Source of the DNA: an uncultured Candidatus Saccharibacteria bacterium
GTDB taxonomy: Bacteria > Patescibacteriota > Minisyncoccia > Phycocordibacterales > GWA1-40-21
Assembly: GCA_964605355.1 (NCBI GenBank)
Contig: CAZSCE010000002.1
Location: 1 to 62,659, forward strand
Direction of reading: 5' to 3'
Length of the DNA stretch: 62,659 bases
The position numbers were made by a program, and so were the translations under genes. The notes beneath the pieces were generated by a model. It saw nothing but the letters and a program-made list of their open reading frames with translations. It was not told the DNA's origin and made no database searches. This document shows, piece by piece, positions 34,478-42,586 of this stretch (position 1 is the first letter of the stretch; each line of letters opens with the position of its first letter).

Positions 34478-34655
34478 GCAGAAATCAAATCGCCCTCGCA
34501 AAAAATCAAATTTTGATTTCTTGCGAGGGCGAACGAGTTCGCGGTACCACCTCACTTTTAACTCATTTATGGGGTTCTACTAACTTTCGCTTTCTTCCCC
34601 AAGCTCCACCGCGTCATACGGCTTCCTTGCTTATGGTGCTATTTTACAACATTCA
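34478..34655 (-). promoter_or_regulatory. T-box leader (tRNA-sensing transcription attenuator) upstream of DUF1653-aspS
   Basis: On the minus strand: the exact T-box core GGUGGUACCGCG (reverse complement of 34540-34553 region), an AGCGA (AGVGA-like) element upstream, and an alternative terminator CGCCCUCGCAA-loop-UUGCGAGGGCG followed by a U-rich tract (34478-34531). Confidence 0.8.
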
Positions 34656-34670
34656 CTATTTTTTACTATA

Positions 34671-34707
34671 TTGACAAAACCTATTTTTTAGACTATTGTT
34701 TACACAG
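34671..34707 (+). promoter_or_regulatory. Sigma70-type promoter of GC-rich cassette F
   Basis: TTGACA (34671-34676), 17 nt, TATTGT (34694-34699), 6 nt, then AGGTCAGATCT starting at 34706. Confidence 0.65.
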
Positions 34708-34744
34708 GTCAGATCTATAAACAAGCTAAAATAAGGAGTGGGAC

Positions 34745-35335
34745 ATGGGAATCAATCGTAAGTTTTTTCAGGAAAAGATGCTGGAAAAGAATGTTATCTT
34801 TATCAGTGGAGAAATTGTTGGTGATATGGTGGCGTATGTCAGAGATAGTATTGGTGAACTGATCTGTCGAGGTTCACCTGACGTGTATCTAGTAATCTGC
34901 AGCAGTGGTGGGAGCGTTCGTGCTGGTTTAGATATATATGACATTCTCAATCTGTATTCTGGAAAAAAGACTGCGTTAGTTTCAAATTATGCCAAGTCAA
35001 TGGCCGCAGTAATTTTACAGGTTTGTGAACACCGCATGGCCACCCTGCACACCAGGATTATGATTCATCATATTGGCTCTGATGATGTGAGTCTGGACAC
35101 CTTGCGTGATAAGGACAGACTTACAAAGTTCATTGACGGTATGGAGCGCAACCAGGAACACCTGTATCGGATTCTGTCAGAGAGAACAGGTAAGGATGGG
35201 GCCACTATTCGTGACGAGTGTGCCAAGGAAAGAGAGATGAGCGCAGATGAGGCAAAATCGTTTGGTTTGATTGACGAAATCTGGACCAAACACTTTCCTT
35301 GGGAGGTAGCTGCGACCTTAGATGCGAAGAAATGA
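34745..35335 (+). CDS. Cassette F: ClpP-like (S14 family) serine peptidase
   Basis: AAGGAG 6 nt upstream. VIFISGEI, CSSGGSVRAGLDIYD, AKSMAAV (Ser) and RIMIHH (His) follow the ClpP fold pattern. G/C-rich codons. Confidence 0.7.
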   Translation: MGINRKFFQEKMLEKNVIFISGEIVGDMVAYVRDSIGELICRGSPDVYLVICSSGGSVRAGLDIYDILNLYSGKKTALVSNYAKSMAAVILQVCEHRMATLHTRIMIHHIGSDDVSLDTLRDKDRLTKFIDGMERNQEHLYRILSERTGKDGATIRDECAKEREMSADEAKSFGLIDEIWTKHFPWEVAATLDAKK

Positions 35336-35349
35336 GGAGGTGAACACAA

Positions 35350-35385
35350 AAGGGCCGGTGGAGAAATCCACCGGCCCGTTTTTTA
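35350..35385. terminator. Intrinsic terminator of cassette F (probably also serves the convergent trpS)
   Basis: GGGCCGGTGGA-GAAA-TCCACCGGCCC followed by GTTTTTT. A-rich on the other side. Confidence 0.85.
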
Positions 35386-35410
35386 TATTCTATATTCCAA
35401 ATTCAATATT

Positions 35411-36397
35411 CTAATATATTTCCACCCCCACCGCCTTCCGAATTTCCGCCATCTTCTTTTCTGCTCGATGTGACGCTCTTTGGCCCCCAGTTTTCAGGAT
35501 ATCAAAAACAGTGTCTAAATCATTGGCTAGCATCTCCCGGCGCTCTCTCATAGGCTTTATAAAGGCTTCCAAGACCTGAATTAGGCCCTCTTTGGCCTCT
35601 TTATAGCCCATCCCCCCATTTGTATATCGGGCAGCCAAAGCTTCCTTTTCCGCCTTATTTAGGAAGAGTTTATGGATATTAAAGATATGGTTAGTCTCCG
35701 GATCTTTGGCCTCATCCACTCCCTTGGAATCTGTAGGAATACTCATCACAGCTTTCTTAATTTCTTCACTGGTAGCAAAAAGCGGAATCACATTGCCTCG
35801 GCTTTTACTCATCTTTTTCCCATCAGTTCCGGGCACAGTTTCTACTTCTTTAAGAATAAGCGGTTCCGGTAATTTAAAAATTCCTGTTCCAAAAGTATTA
35901 TCAAATTTCTGTGCCGTATCCCGGGCATACTCCACATGCTGTTTCTGATCCTGACCCACTGGCACTACATCAGCATCCTGCAATAAAATATCCGCTGCCA
36001 TCAAAAGTGGATAATCAAAAATACCAACATTAATTTCTTTGTTCTTAGCCTCAGCATCTTTATAAGCATGTGCGCGCATTAAATATGGCATGGTGGTAAT
36101 GCAATTAAAAATCCAATTTAATTCGTGCACCTGGGGCACATCACTTTGTTTAAATAAAACTACTTTTTTAGGATCCAAACCAATGGCTAAATAATCCAAA
36201 GCTACATCTATGATGCCTTGTGCTAATTGAGCTTTATCCTGAACCGTGGTCATGGCATGATAATCAGCAATAAAAATATAGCACTCATAATCATTTTGCA
36301 TTTCCACAAACTGCTTCATGGCGCCAAAATAATTACCAATATGCACCCGCCCGGTAGGCTTGACCCCGCTCAACAAAATCTTTTTTTGGTTTGACAT
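35411..36397 (-). CDS. trpS: Tryptophan--tRNA ligase
   Basis: GVKPTGRVHIGNYFGA (HIGH) and KMSKSRGN motifs. Confidence 0.92.
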   Translation of the reverse strand: MSNQKKILLSGVKPTGRVHIGNYFGAMKQFVEMQNDYECYIFIADYHAMTTVQDKAQLAQGIIDVALDYLAIGLDPKKVVLFKQSDVPQVHELNWIFNCITTMPYLMRAHAYKDAEAKNKEINVGIFDYPLLMAADILLQDADVVPVGQDQKQHVEYARDTAQKFDNTFGTGIFKLPEPLILKEVETVPGTDGKKMSKSRGNVIPLFATSEEIKKAVMSIPTDSKGVDEAKDPETNHIFNIHKLFLNKAEKEALAARYTNGGMGYKEAKEGLIQVLEAFIKPMRERREMLANDLDTVFDILKTGGQRASHRAEKKMAEIRKAVGVEIY

Positions 36398-36444
36398 TTC
36401 ACTATAATATCAGAATACAACCGCCTCGTCTATCAGAATAGCCA

Positions 36445-36466
36445 CTCCGCCTTAACCAAAGCGGAG
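36445..36466. repeat. 9-4-9 GC-rich palindrome, copy 3 of a small family
   Basis: CTCCGCCTT-AACC-AAAGCGGAG (8 of 9 arm positions pair), between dnaJ and trpS. Confidence 0.6.
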
Positions 36467-36488
36467 ATTGATGGTTTTTCAAAAGGGG

Positions 36489-37376
36489 CTAGATGCCCTC
36501 TTTTCTCAAGTCTTCTATTGCGTTTCGAGCATCTCGGGAAAGTCTAGATGGCATTTTTACTTTTATTACTACCAGGAGGTCACCGCGGCGGCGGTCACCA
36601 ATAGGCACGCCTTTTTCCCGAACACGTAATATTTCTCCAGAATTAATTCCTTCAGGAATTCGGAGTTCAATATCTCCGTCCAGGGTTCTTAGTGGATATT
36701 TTATACCCAATATGGCATCCGTGAGCTTGATATTTATTTCCGTCACAATATTTTTACCTTCTTTTTTATAAAGCGGATCTCTTTTAACAGAAATATTTAT
36801 ATACAAGTCCCCCGCCACACCCCCACTCATGGGCTCACCAGCACCAGTTAGGCGCACTGTCTCCCCATGGTTTATATCAGCGGGAATTTTTACCTTTATT
36901 TTTTCTGGCTTTGAGGCGTGATTTCTGGTCAAGCTAAATTCTTTTTCCACCCCAAACACAGATTCCGCAAAAGAAATTTCTAAATCCACGGCAATATCCT
37001 TTCCCTTTCTTACCCGCTGTCTGCGGCCACCACCGAAAAATTCACCAAATAAATCATTCAGGTCAAACTCAAAATTTCCTCCATTCCCACCCTGGTTAAA
37101 TTGAGAGAAATCAAATCCACCAAAACCTTGGCCACCACTAAACCCGCCATAATTACCTCCCGGGGTAGAATCAGCCGAACCATAAGTGTCATATCTCTGC
37201 CTCTTAGCATCATCACCAAGCACACTATAAGCTTCACTTACTTCTTTAAATTTGGCTTCATTACCACCACCTTTATCCGGGTGGTATTGATGAGCCAGTT
37301 TTCTAAAGGCGCTTTTCACTTCATCTTTTGACGCGCCCTTACTTATTCCTAATGTTTGGTAATAATCTTTTGGCAT
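36489..37376 (-). CDS. dnaJ: DnaJ-family co-chaperone lacking the Cys-rich zinc-finger domain (CbpA-like)
   Basis: J domain with HPD (YHPDKGG), G/F-rich linker and C-terminal substrate-binding domains. No CxxCxGxG repeats. Confidence 0.85.
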   Translation of the reverse strand: MPKDYYQTLGISKGASKDEVKSAFRKLAHQYHPDKGGGNEAKFKEVSEAYSVLGDDAKRQRYDTYGSADSTPGGNYGGFSGGQGFGGFDFSQFNQGGNGGNFEFDLNDLFGEFFGGGRRQRVRKGKDIAVDLEISFAESVFGVEKEFSLTRNHASKPEKIKVKIPADINHGETVRLTGAGEPMSGGVAGDLYINISVKRDPLYKKEGKNIVTEINIKLTDAILGIKYPLRTLDGDIELRIPEGINSGEILRVREKGVPIGDRRRGDLLVVIKVKMPSRLSRDARNAIEDLRKEGI

Positions 37377-39280
37377 TATTTGGTCTCCTTATATTCAGCG
37401 TCTTTTATATTATCATCTTTTTTCTCAGCGCCCTCGGCGCCTGGCGCGGCTTGCTCAGTTTTTGGGGCTTCAGCTTGCTGGGCCTTCATCATAGCTTCAC
37501 CTATCTTCTGCATCTCACCGGACAAAGCTTCTGACGCTTTTTTCATGGCTTCAATGTCAGTCCCCTCTTTTGCTTTTTTAAGATCTGCAATTTTATCTTC
37601 CACACCTTTTACTATTTCTGGTGTTACTTTTGCCCCGTTATCCTTGATGGCTTTCTCGGCTGTATAAATCATTTGCTCCGCCATGTTTTTAATTTCAATT
37701 TCTTCTTTTTTCTTTTTATCTTCTGCTTCATGGGCAGTAGCATCAGCGGTCATTTTAGCAATTTCTTCTTTGGTTAAGCCAGAACGAGCTTCAATTCTGA
37801 TGCTCTGCTCCTTACCGGTGCTTTTATCTTTTGCTTTGACAGACAAAATACCGTTAGCATCCACATCAAATGATACTTCAATTTGTGGCATACCGCGTGG
37901 CGCTGGTGGAATACCATCCAGGATAAATCTACCCAAGCTTTTGTTATCATGAGCCAGGGTTCTCTCTCCTTGCACAATATGAATTTCTACGGATGTCTGA
38001 CTATCAGCGGCGGTAGAAAATGTCTGACTCTTCGTAGTAGGAATAGTAGTATTTTTTTCTACCAATTTTGTAGACACGCCACCCATGGTTTCAATACCCA
38101 GAGAAAGTGGAATAACATCAAGCAAAAGAATATCTTTTACATCACCCCGGAGAATTCCGCCTTGAACAGCAGCACCTAGCGCCACTACTTCATCCGGATT
38201 CACAGACAAGTTTGGCTCCTTGCCGAATATTTCTTTCACCGCTTTTATAATAGCCGGCATTCTGGTCTGGCCTCCCACCATCACCACTTCATCTATCTCA
38301 GTTACTTTAAATGGTGAAGCGGCAATAGCTCTCTTGGTGATTTCTATAGAACGGTCAATAAATTCTTTACACAAGTTTTCCAAAGTAGCACGAGAAAGTT
38401 TTATCAGTAAATGTCTAGGGCCATTAGCATCAGAAGTAATAAACGGAATATTTATTTCTGTTTCCATGGCGGTAGAAAGTTCTATTTTAGCTTTCTCAGA
38501 GGCTTCATCTAAACGCTGTAAGGCCAAAGGATCTTTAGAGACATCAATACCGCTTTCTTTTTTAAATTCCGCCGCCACCCAATCAATAATTTTACGGTCA
38601 ATATCACGGCCTCCAAGGTGTGAGTCACCATCCGTGGATTTTACTTCCACGATATCGGCACCCACTTCCAAGATAGAAATATCAAAGGTACCACCTCCAA
38701 AATCATACACCGCTATCTTTTCATCCTTCTTCTTGTTAAAACCGTAAGCCAAGGCGGCGGCGGTAGGCTCGTTTATGATTCTGAGCACATTTAGCCCAGC
38801 AATAGTTCCGGCATCTTTGGTGGCCTGGCGCTGTGAGTCATTGAAATAAGCCGGCACGGTGATCACCGCGTCAGTTATTTTCTCACCTAACTTTGCTTCC
38901 ACATCATTTTTCAATTTCTGAATAATCATGGCTGAAATTTCCTCTGGTTTGTAGCTGTGGTTATCCATCTTGATAGAGACACCACCAGTGGCGGCTTTCT
39001 CAATATCAAATGACACTCCGGCTTTATCTTTTTGCACGCCAGCGTCATCATAGCTGTGACCCATAAAACGCTTTACTTGAAAGACGGTATTTTTGGGGTT
39101 TGTTACTGCTTGCCTTCTGGCCAGCTGACCCACCAAGCGCTCACCGGTTTTGCTGGTGGACACAATGGATGGAGTGGTTCTAGAACCCTCCACGTTTTCT
39201 ATGATTTTTGGTTTGTCACCTTCCATAACAGCCGCAGCTGAGAAAGTGGTTCCCAAGTCTATACCAATTATTTTTGACAT
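37376..39280 (-). CDS. dnaK: Chaperone DnaK (Hsp70)
   Basis: [12 protein letters not shown] start, DLGGGTFD and VGGQTRMP motifs. I trimmed the track start (39361) to the conserved ATG at 39280. Stop overlaps the dnaJ ATG (TAATG). Confidence 0.92.
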   Translation of the reverse strand: MSKIIGIDLGTTFSAAAVMEGDKPKIIENVEGSRTTPSIVSTSKTGERLVGQLARRQAVTNPKNTVFQVKRFMGHSYDDAGVQKDKAGVSFDIEKAATGGVSIKMDNHSYKPEEISAMIIQKLKNDVEAKLGEKITDAVITVPAYFNDSQRQATKDAGTIAGLNVLRIINEPTAAALAYGFNKKKDEKIAVYDFGGGTFDISILEVGADIVEVKSTDGDSHLGGRDIDRKIIDWVAAEFKKESGIDVSKDPLALQRLDEASEKAKIELSTAMETEINIPFITSDANGPRHLLIKLSRATLENLCKEFIDRSIEITKRAIAASPFKVTEIDEVVMVGGQTRMPAIIKAVKEIFGKEPNLSVNPDEVVALGAAVQGGILRGDVKDILLLDVIPLSLGIETMGGVSTKLVEKNTTIPTTKSQTFSTAADSQTSVEIHIVQGERTLAHDNKSLGRFILDGIPPAPRGMPQIEVSFDVDANGILSVKAKDKSTGKEQSIRIEARSGLTKEEIAKMTADATAHEAEDKKKKEEIEIKNMAEQMIYTAEKAIKDNGAKVTPEIVKGVEDKIADLKKAKEGTDIEAMKKASEALSGEMQKIGEAMMKAQQAEAPKTEQAAPGAEGAEKKDDNIKDAEYKETK

Positions 39281-39346
39281 ATTATTTTTTAAATTAATTA
39301 AATAAAATAGTAAAAAACTCCACCACCTCCCCTCGCCGACTCGGTA

Positions 39347-39368
39347 CTCCTCCTTAATCAAGGAGGAG
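39347..39368. repeat. 9-4-9 GC-rich palindrome, copy 1
   Basis: CTCCTCCTT-AATC-AAGGAGGAG, perfect arms. Confidence 0.7.
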
Positions 39369-39417
39369 AAAGGGGATCTACCATTTAACCACAGTGATTA
39401 AATTAGGAGTTCCCTTT

Positions 39418-39439
39418 CCCCGCCTTAGTCAAGGCGGGG
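39418..39439. repeat. 9-4-9 GC-rich palindrome, copy 2
   Basis: CCCCGCCTT-AGTC-AAGGCGGGG, perfect arms. Confidence 0.7.
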
Positions 39440-39467
39440 TGGTGAGTCTGCGAACCGGGGCGGTTGA

Positions 39468-39767
39468 TTAAAAACTAGGAGCGCGAGTTGGCTGACTAAT
39501 AACAAAAGCAAAATCACGAGTAAAGTTTGAAACTAAATCTGAAAATATAGAAACAACTGGGATGAATTCAACCGGGCTTTTGACAGCGGGTAAACATAAA
39601 ACCGCTTCTTTTTCTGGGGTAATATCCGAGAGAATTTTTCCAGAGACGGCGCGGGCTACTATTTGACCATTTCTCTCCACCAATTCAAAAACCACCAGTG
39701 CCCATTCCCCATTTGGTAATTTGACAGCCTTTTCTATGTATTTAGGTCTTGTTTGAATGGCTAACAT
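39468..39767 (-). CDS. Hypothetical 99-aa protein between grpE and dnaK
   Basis: ORF MLAIQTRPKYIEKAVKLPNGEW... The track start at 39785 lies inside the -10 box, so I use the ATG at 39767. No family recognised. Confidence 0.45.
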   Translation of the reverse strand: MLAIQTRPKYIEKAVKLPNGEWALVVFELVERNGQIVARAVSGKILSDITPEKEAVLCLPAVKSPVEFIPVVSIFSDLVSNFTRDFAFVISQPTRAPSF

Positions 39768-39800
39768 ACGCCTATTATAGCACAAATTTCAATTTGTCAA
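39765..39800 (-). promoter_or_regulatory. Extended -10 promoter giving a leaderless transcript
   Basis: On the minus strand: TTGACA (39800-39795), 15 nt, TGc-TATAAT (39779-39774). ATG is 6 nt downstream. Confidence 0.5.
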
Positions 39801-39854
39801 AATATAATTTTATTTTTTAAACTTCGGCCGAAATTTGCTAATTTCTGCACGAAT

Positions 39855-40454
39855 TTAAACGCTTTTAAATTCGCCAACCACTACCTTGGGGGCAATGATT
39901 ATTTTGCCATTCATGATATAGCCTTTCTTATTAATTACTTTTATTAGGCCGTCTTCAGATTCTTTTTCCACTGGCGTCACCTCCTCAGCGATATGTAAAT
40001 TAACATCAAACTTATCCCCCACTTTTGGTATAAATTCTTTTAGGCCGTGCTCATCTAGAATTTTTACAAATTGGGAATGAATATATTCCACACCCACCCG
40101 CCAGTTTTCCGGCACAGAATTCCACTGCTCTTTGTTCATAAAAGCCATATCAAAGCTCTCAAGAACTGTCAGCATTTCTTCCAGTAAATTTTCATTAGCA
40201 AATTTTACATACTCCTTCTTTTCTTCATCAGAGCGCTTTTTGTAATTCACAAAATCAGCTCGCTCTCTCTGCCAGCCGTTCATGTATTCATCTTTTTCCT
40301 CCTGAAGTTTTTTTATCTTTTCCTTTAGTTTAGCTATCTTCTCTTTGGGATCAGACATATTATCACTATCAATAGAGGCGTCATAAACCACCTCAGAGAC
40401 CTCCTCATCAGGATTTACATCCGTCTTTTTTGCATCATCATTATCATTTGTCAT
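39855..40454 (-). CDS. grpE: Nucleotide exchange factor GrpE
   Basis: Acidic N-terminus, coiled coil (KIAKLKEKIKKLQEEKDEY), RERADFVNYKKR motif and C-terminal beta domain. Confidence 0.88.
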   Translation of the reverse strand: MTNDNDDAKKTDVNPDEEVSEVVYDASIDSDNMSDPKEKIAKLKEKIKKLQEEKDEYMNGWQRERADFVNYKKRSDEEKKEYVKFANENLLEEMLTVLESFDMAFMNKEQWNSVPENWRVGVEYIHSQFVKILDEHGLKEFIPKVGDKFDVNLHIAEEVTPVEKESEDGLIKVINKKGYIMNGKIIIAPKVVVGEFKSV

Positions 40455-40491
40455 AGGGGTTGATTATAGCAAAAAAACATTTTTTATTAAC

Positions 40492-40528
40492 TTGACTTTT
40501 TAGTAATATTTGCGTATGATTTTAAAAG
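40492..40528 (+). promoter_or_regulatory. Sigma70-type promoter of GC-rich cassette G
   Basis: TTGACT (40492-40497), 17 nt, TATGAT (40515-40520), 6 nt, AG (40527-40528). Confidence 0.6.
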
Positions 40529-40597
40529 ATTTGTTAACCGTCCTTAGTTGAACTAAGCTCAATAGAGCATTTGGTGCGGTGTTGAAAGGAATAAAGT

Positions 40598-40981
40598 ATG
40601 AGCAAGAAAGTGGAAATGAAGCCTTTGGTAAAGTTTATTGGTGTATCTACAAGCACGCCTGCTTTGGATCACTATCAACTGACCATAGCAGCTGAGAAGG
40701 TGTTTCGTGAAGAGGGTTTTCTCGACTCTGAACACACTGATTGCGGTATTCTAACGGCTTACTCACTCGGGTTCTTAGTTTGTAGGAATCTGCATGTAGA
40801 CATCAAACTCTACAAGCCTGAGGTTGATATGGGTCGGCGGCTCAAGTTTCTCGCAAAGGTGGTTACTGAGGTACGGAAGGTACTTGATGAAATGTATCCT
40901 TCTGTCAATGGCGTTCATGTACAGGGGTCAATTACAACAGCGGCGCAGGAGCTGAATACTTACCCCAAAAAAGGAGAATGA
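40598..40981 (+). CDS. Cassette G ORF1: 127-aa hypothetical protein
   Basis: AAAGGA 7 nt upstream of ATG. G/C-richer codons than flanks. No family recognised. Confidence 0.6.
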   Translation: MSKKVEMKPLVKFIGVSTSTPALDHYQLTIAAEKVFREEGFLDSEHTDCGILTAYSLGFLVCRNLHVDIKLYKPEVDMGRRLKFLAKVVTEVRKVLDEMYPSVNGVHVQGSITTAAQELNTYPKKGE

Positions 40982-40982
40982 A

Positions 40983-41369
40983 ATGATTAAGGTGCAAATC
41001 ATGCCGGGTATATTTTTTTCTCTCGAGGAAAAAACACCTGGGAGAATATGTCTTATCCGGTGGTGGTATGTAAAGTGTTACTTTGGCTGTGGAGCCAGCA
41101 TCACTGGGGAGTTTCTCTCTTCCTCAACGGATGTTATTGGTGACATTCACCAAACTCTGAAGACACGAAGTTGGAAGGAAAGGATATCGGATCGTGTTTG
41201 GGGTTGTCCCGAATGTGCCAAGCAGAATCGTTTCTGCAAGAAGATGACCCCAAAGGTCAGGAAACAAATGGAAGGAAGGCAAAAAAACGGATGGACAGCG
41301 ATGGTCTACGGCTCAGGACAATTGTTGCCTGCGGCTACTGTTGGTTTGCCTAGTCGGAGGGTAAAGTAG
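40983..41369 (+). CDS. Cassette G ORF2: 128-aa Cys/Trp-rich protein with CPEC zinc-ribbon-like motif
   Basis: AAAGGAG lies inside the end of ORF1, and the ATG is 1 nt after the ORF1 stop (coupled). CYFGCG and WGCPECAKQNRFC motifs with a basic tail. Confidence 0.6.
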   Translation: MIKVQIMPGIFFSLEEKTPGRICLIRWWYVKCYFGCGASITGEFLSSSTDVIGDIHQTLKTRSWKERISDRVWGCPECAKQNRFCKKMTPKVRKQMEGRQKNGWTAMVYGSGQLLPAATVGLPSRRVK

Positions 41370-41391
41370 ACACAACCACAGCTCAGTTAGC

Positions 41392-41430
41392 AAAAAGTCC
41401 GGACATTCGCAGATGTTCCGGACTTTTCTT
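41392..41430. terminator. Intrinsic terminator of cassette G (also faces the convergent rpsI)
   Basis: AAAAGTCCGGACAT-loop-ATGTTCCGGACTTTT (one bulge), then CTT. Confidence 0.8.
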
Positions 41431-41452
41431 ATATATAATTTTTGAAATAGGA

Positions 41453-41854
41453 TTAACGCTTTGACCACTGTGGCGCCTTGCGGGCTTTTTTGAGACCGAA
41501 TTTGCGGCGTTCCTTGGCTCGTGGATCTCTCTTTAGGTAACCAGCTTTCTTTAAATCTTTTCTTAAAGTCTGATCAAAGGTAATTAAACCGCGGGCAATA
41601 GCATGACGGATAGCTTCGGCTTGGGCATTTACCCCTCCACCTTTTACCATAATAGTAATAGCAAACTTTTGGTCAATCTTGGCTTCAGCCATAGCATTCA
41701 TCACAATATCTCTCTGCTCAGCCACTTTGAAATAATCCTCAACAGATTTATCATTTACAGAATATGAAGATTTAGCACTAGGGGTAATTCTGGCGCGGGC
41801 AATAGCAGTTTTTCTTCGGCCAACAGTCTCAATGTATTTTTGTGTTTCTGACAT
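41453..41854 (-). CDS. rpsI: 30S ribosomal protein S9
   Basis: GRRKTAIARARI and the C-terminal KARKAPQWSKR. Confidence 0.92.
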   Translation of the reverse strand: MSETQKYIETVGRRKTAIARARITPSAKSSYSVNDKSVEDYFKVAEQRDIVMNAMAEAKIDQKFAITIMVKGGGVNAQAEAIRHAIARGLITFDQTLRKDLKKAGYLKRDPRAKERRKFGLKKARKAPQWSKR

Positions 41855-41855
41855 A

Positions 41856-42206
41856 TTATTCTTTAATTATTAAATTCTTTAACAATTGAACTTTTAGTTT
41901 GTTATGATGAATCATACCGGCAATAGCAATTTTCAAAACATCAGCATAACCTTTTTTGGTGGCTACTTCCTCCAAAGTTCTAGTTTTCAAACCACCTGGG
42001 AAACCAGAATAGTTTGTATAAATAGTAGTGCGGGCCTTTTTTTCAGAAATATTCATCTTTGAAGCGTTTACAACTTCTACCTTTACATCAGCCACCTGAT
42101 TCTTTTGAAAATCAACTCCAGATTTACCAATTAAAATAGCGGCAATGTCTGAAGCAACACGTCCCAATTTCTTTCCACTAACATCTATTGTAAAATTTTT
42201 TGTCAT
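41856..42206 (-). CDS. rplM: 50S ribosomal protein L13 (short, 116 aa)
   Basis: GKKLGRVASDIAAILIGK and YTNYSGFPGGLK motifs. Confidence 0.88.
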   Translation of the reverse strand: MTKNFTIDVSGKKLGRVASDIAAILIGKSGVDFQKNQVADVKVEVVNASKMNISEKKARTTIYTNYSGFPGGLKTRTLEEVATKKGYADVLKIAIAGMIHHNKLKVQLLKNLIIKE

Positions 42207-42220
42207 ATTATTTTTCAGTA

Positions 42221-42568
42221 TTATACAAATTCAATTTGCGCAATCTTGGCACCATCATTCTTCCTGTCAGCCAATTTGGTAATTCTTAAGTATCCACCGT
42301 TTCTATCCTTATATTTTGGCGCAATAGTATCCACTAATTTTGAAACGCTAGCGGGCCCAACTTTTGCAGATACAAATCTCTTGGCGGCCAAATCACCTAC
42401 TTTGGCTCTGGTCACCAGCCTTTCTACTATTGGTTTTAATACCTTAGCCTTGGTCTCAGTGGTCTTGATCTTGCCATCACGAATCAAAGAAACAGCCATT
42501 GTCTTTAACAGGGCATTTCTGACATTTCTCTCTCTTCCTAATTGTTTTGTTTTCTGACTGTGTCTCAT
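42221..42568 (-). CDS. rplQ: 50S ribosomal protein L17
   Basis: MRHSQKTKQLGRERNVRNALLKTMAVSLI ... GGYLRI. Confidence 0.92.
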   Translation of the reverse strand: MRHSQKTKQLGRERNVRNALLKTMAVSLIRDGKIKTTETKAKVLKPIVERLVTRAKVGDLAAKRFVSAKVGPASVSKLVDTIAPKYKDRNGGYLRITKLADRKNDGAKIAQIEFV

Positions 42569-42586
42569 TGTTTTATCGGTTAATAA

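Larger units (their letters stand above)
39311..39465 (-). promoter_or_regulatory. GC-rich structured RNA element immediately upstream of dnaK (unknown class)
   Basis: On the minus strand: two hairpins, CCCCGCC-UUGACUAA-GGCGGGG and CUCCUCC-UUGAUUAA-GGAGGAG. A long-range helix ACUCACCACC / GGUGGUGGAGU closes them. UUUUUU follows, about 30 nt before the dnaK ATG. Confidence 0.5.

Noticed and set aside
37683-38747. Antisense ORFs inside dnaK, smc, rnr, aspS, leuS and other long genes (for example 38220-38747, 8518-9090, 10552-10773).
   Set aside because: They lie entirely within well-supported conserved CDSs on the opposite strand. Their composition is low-complexity Ser/Ile/Phe-rich, typical of the antisense of AT-rich genes.
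39281-40500. Search for CIRCE (HrcA) or HAIR (HspR) operators around grpE and dnaK.
   Set aside because: I found no TTAGCACTC-N9-GAGTGCTAA or CTTGAGT-N7-ACTCAAG-like sequence by eye. The only palindromes are the 9-4-9 GC-rich hairpins reported separately.
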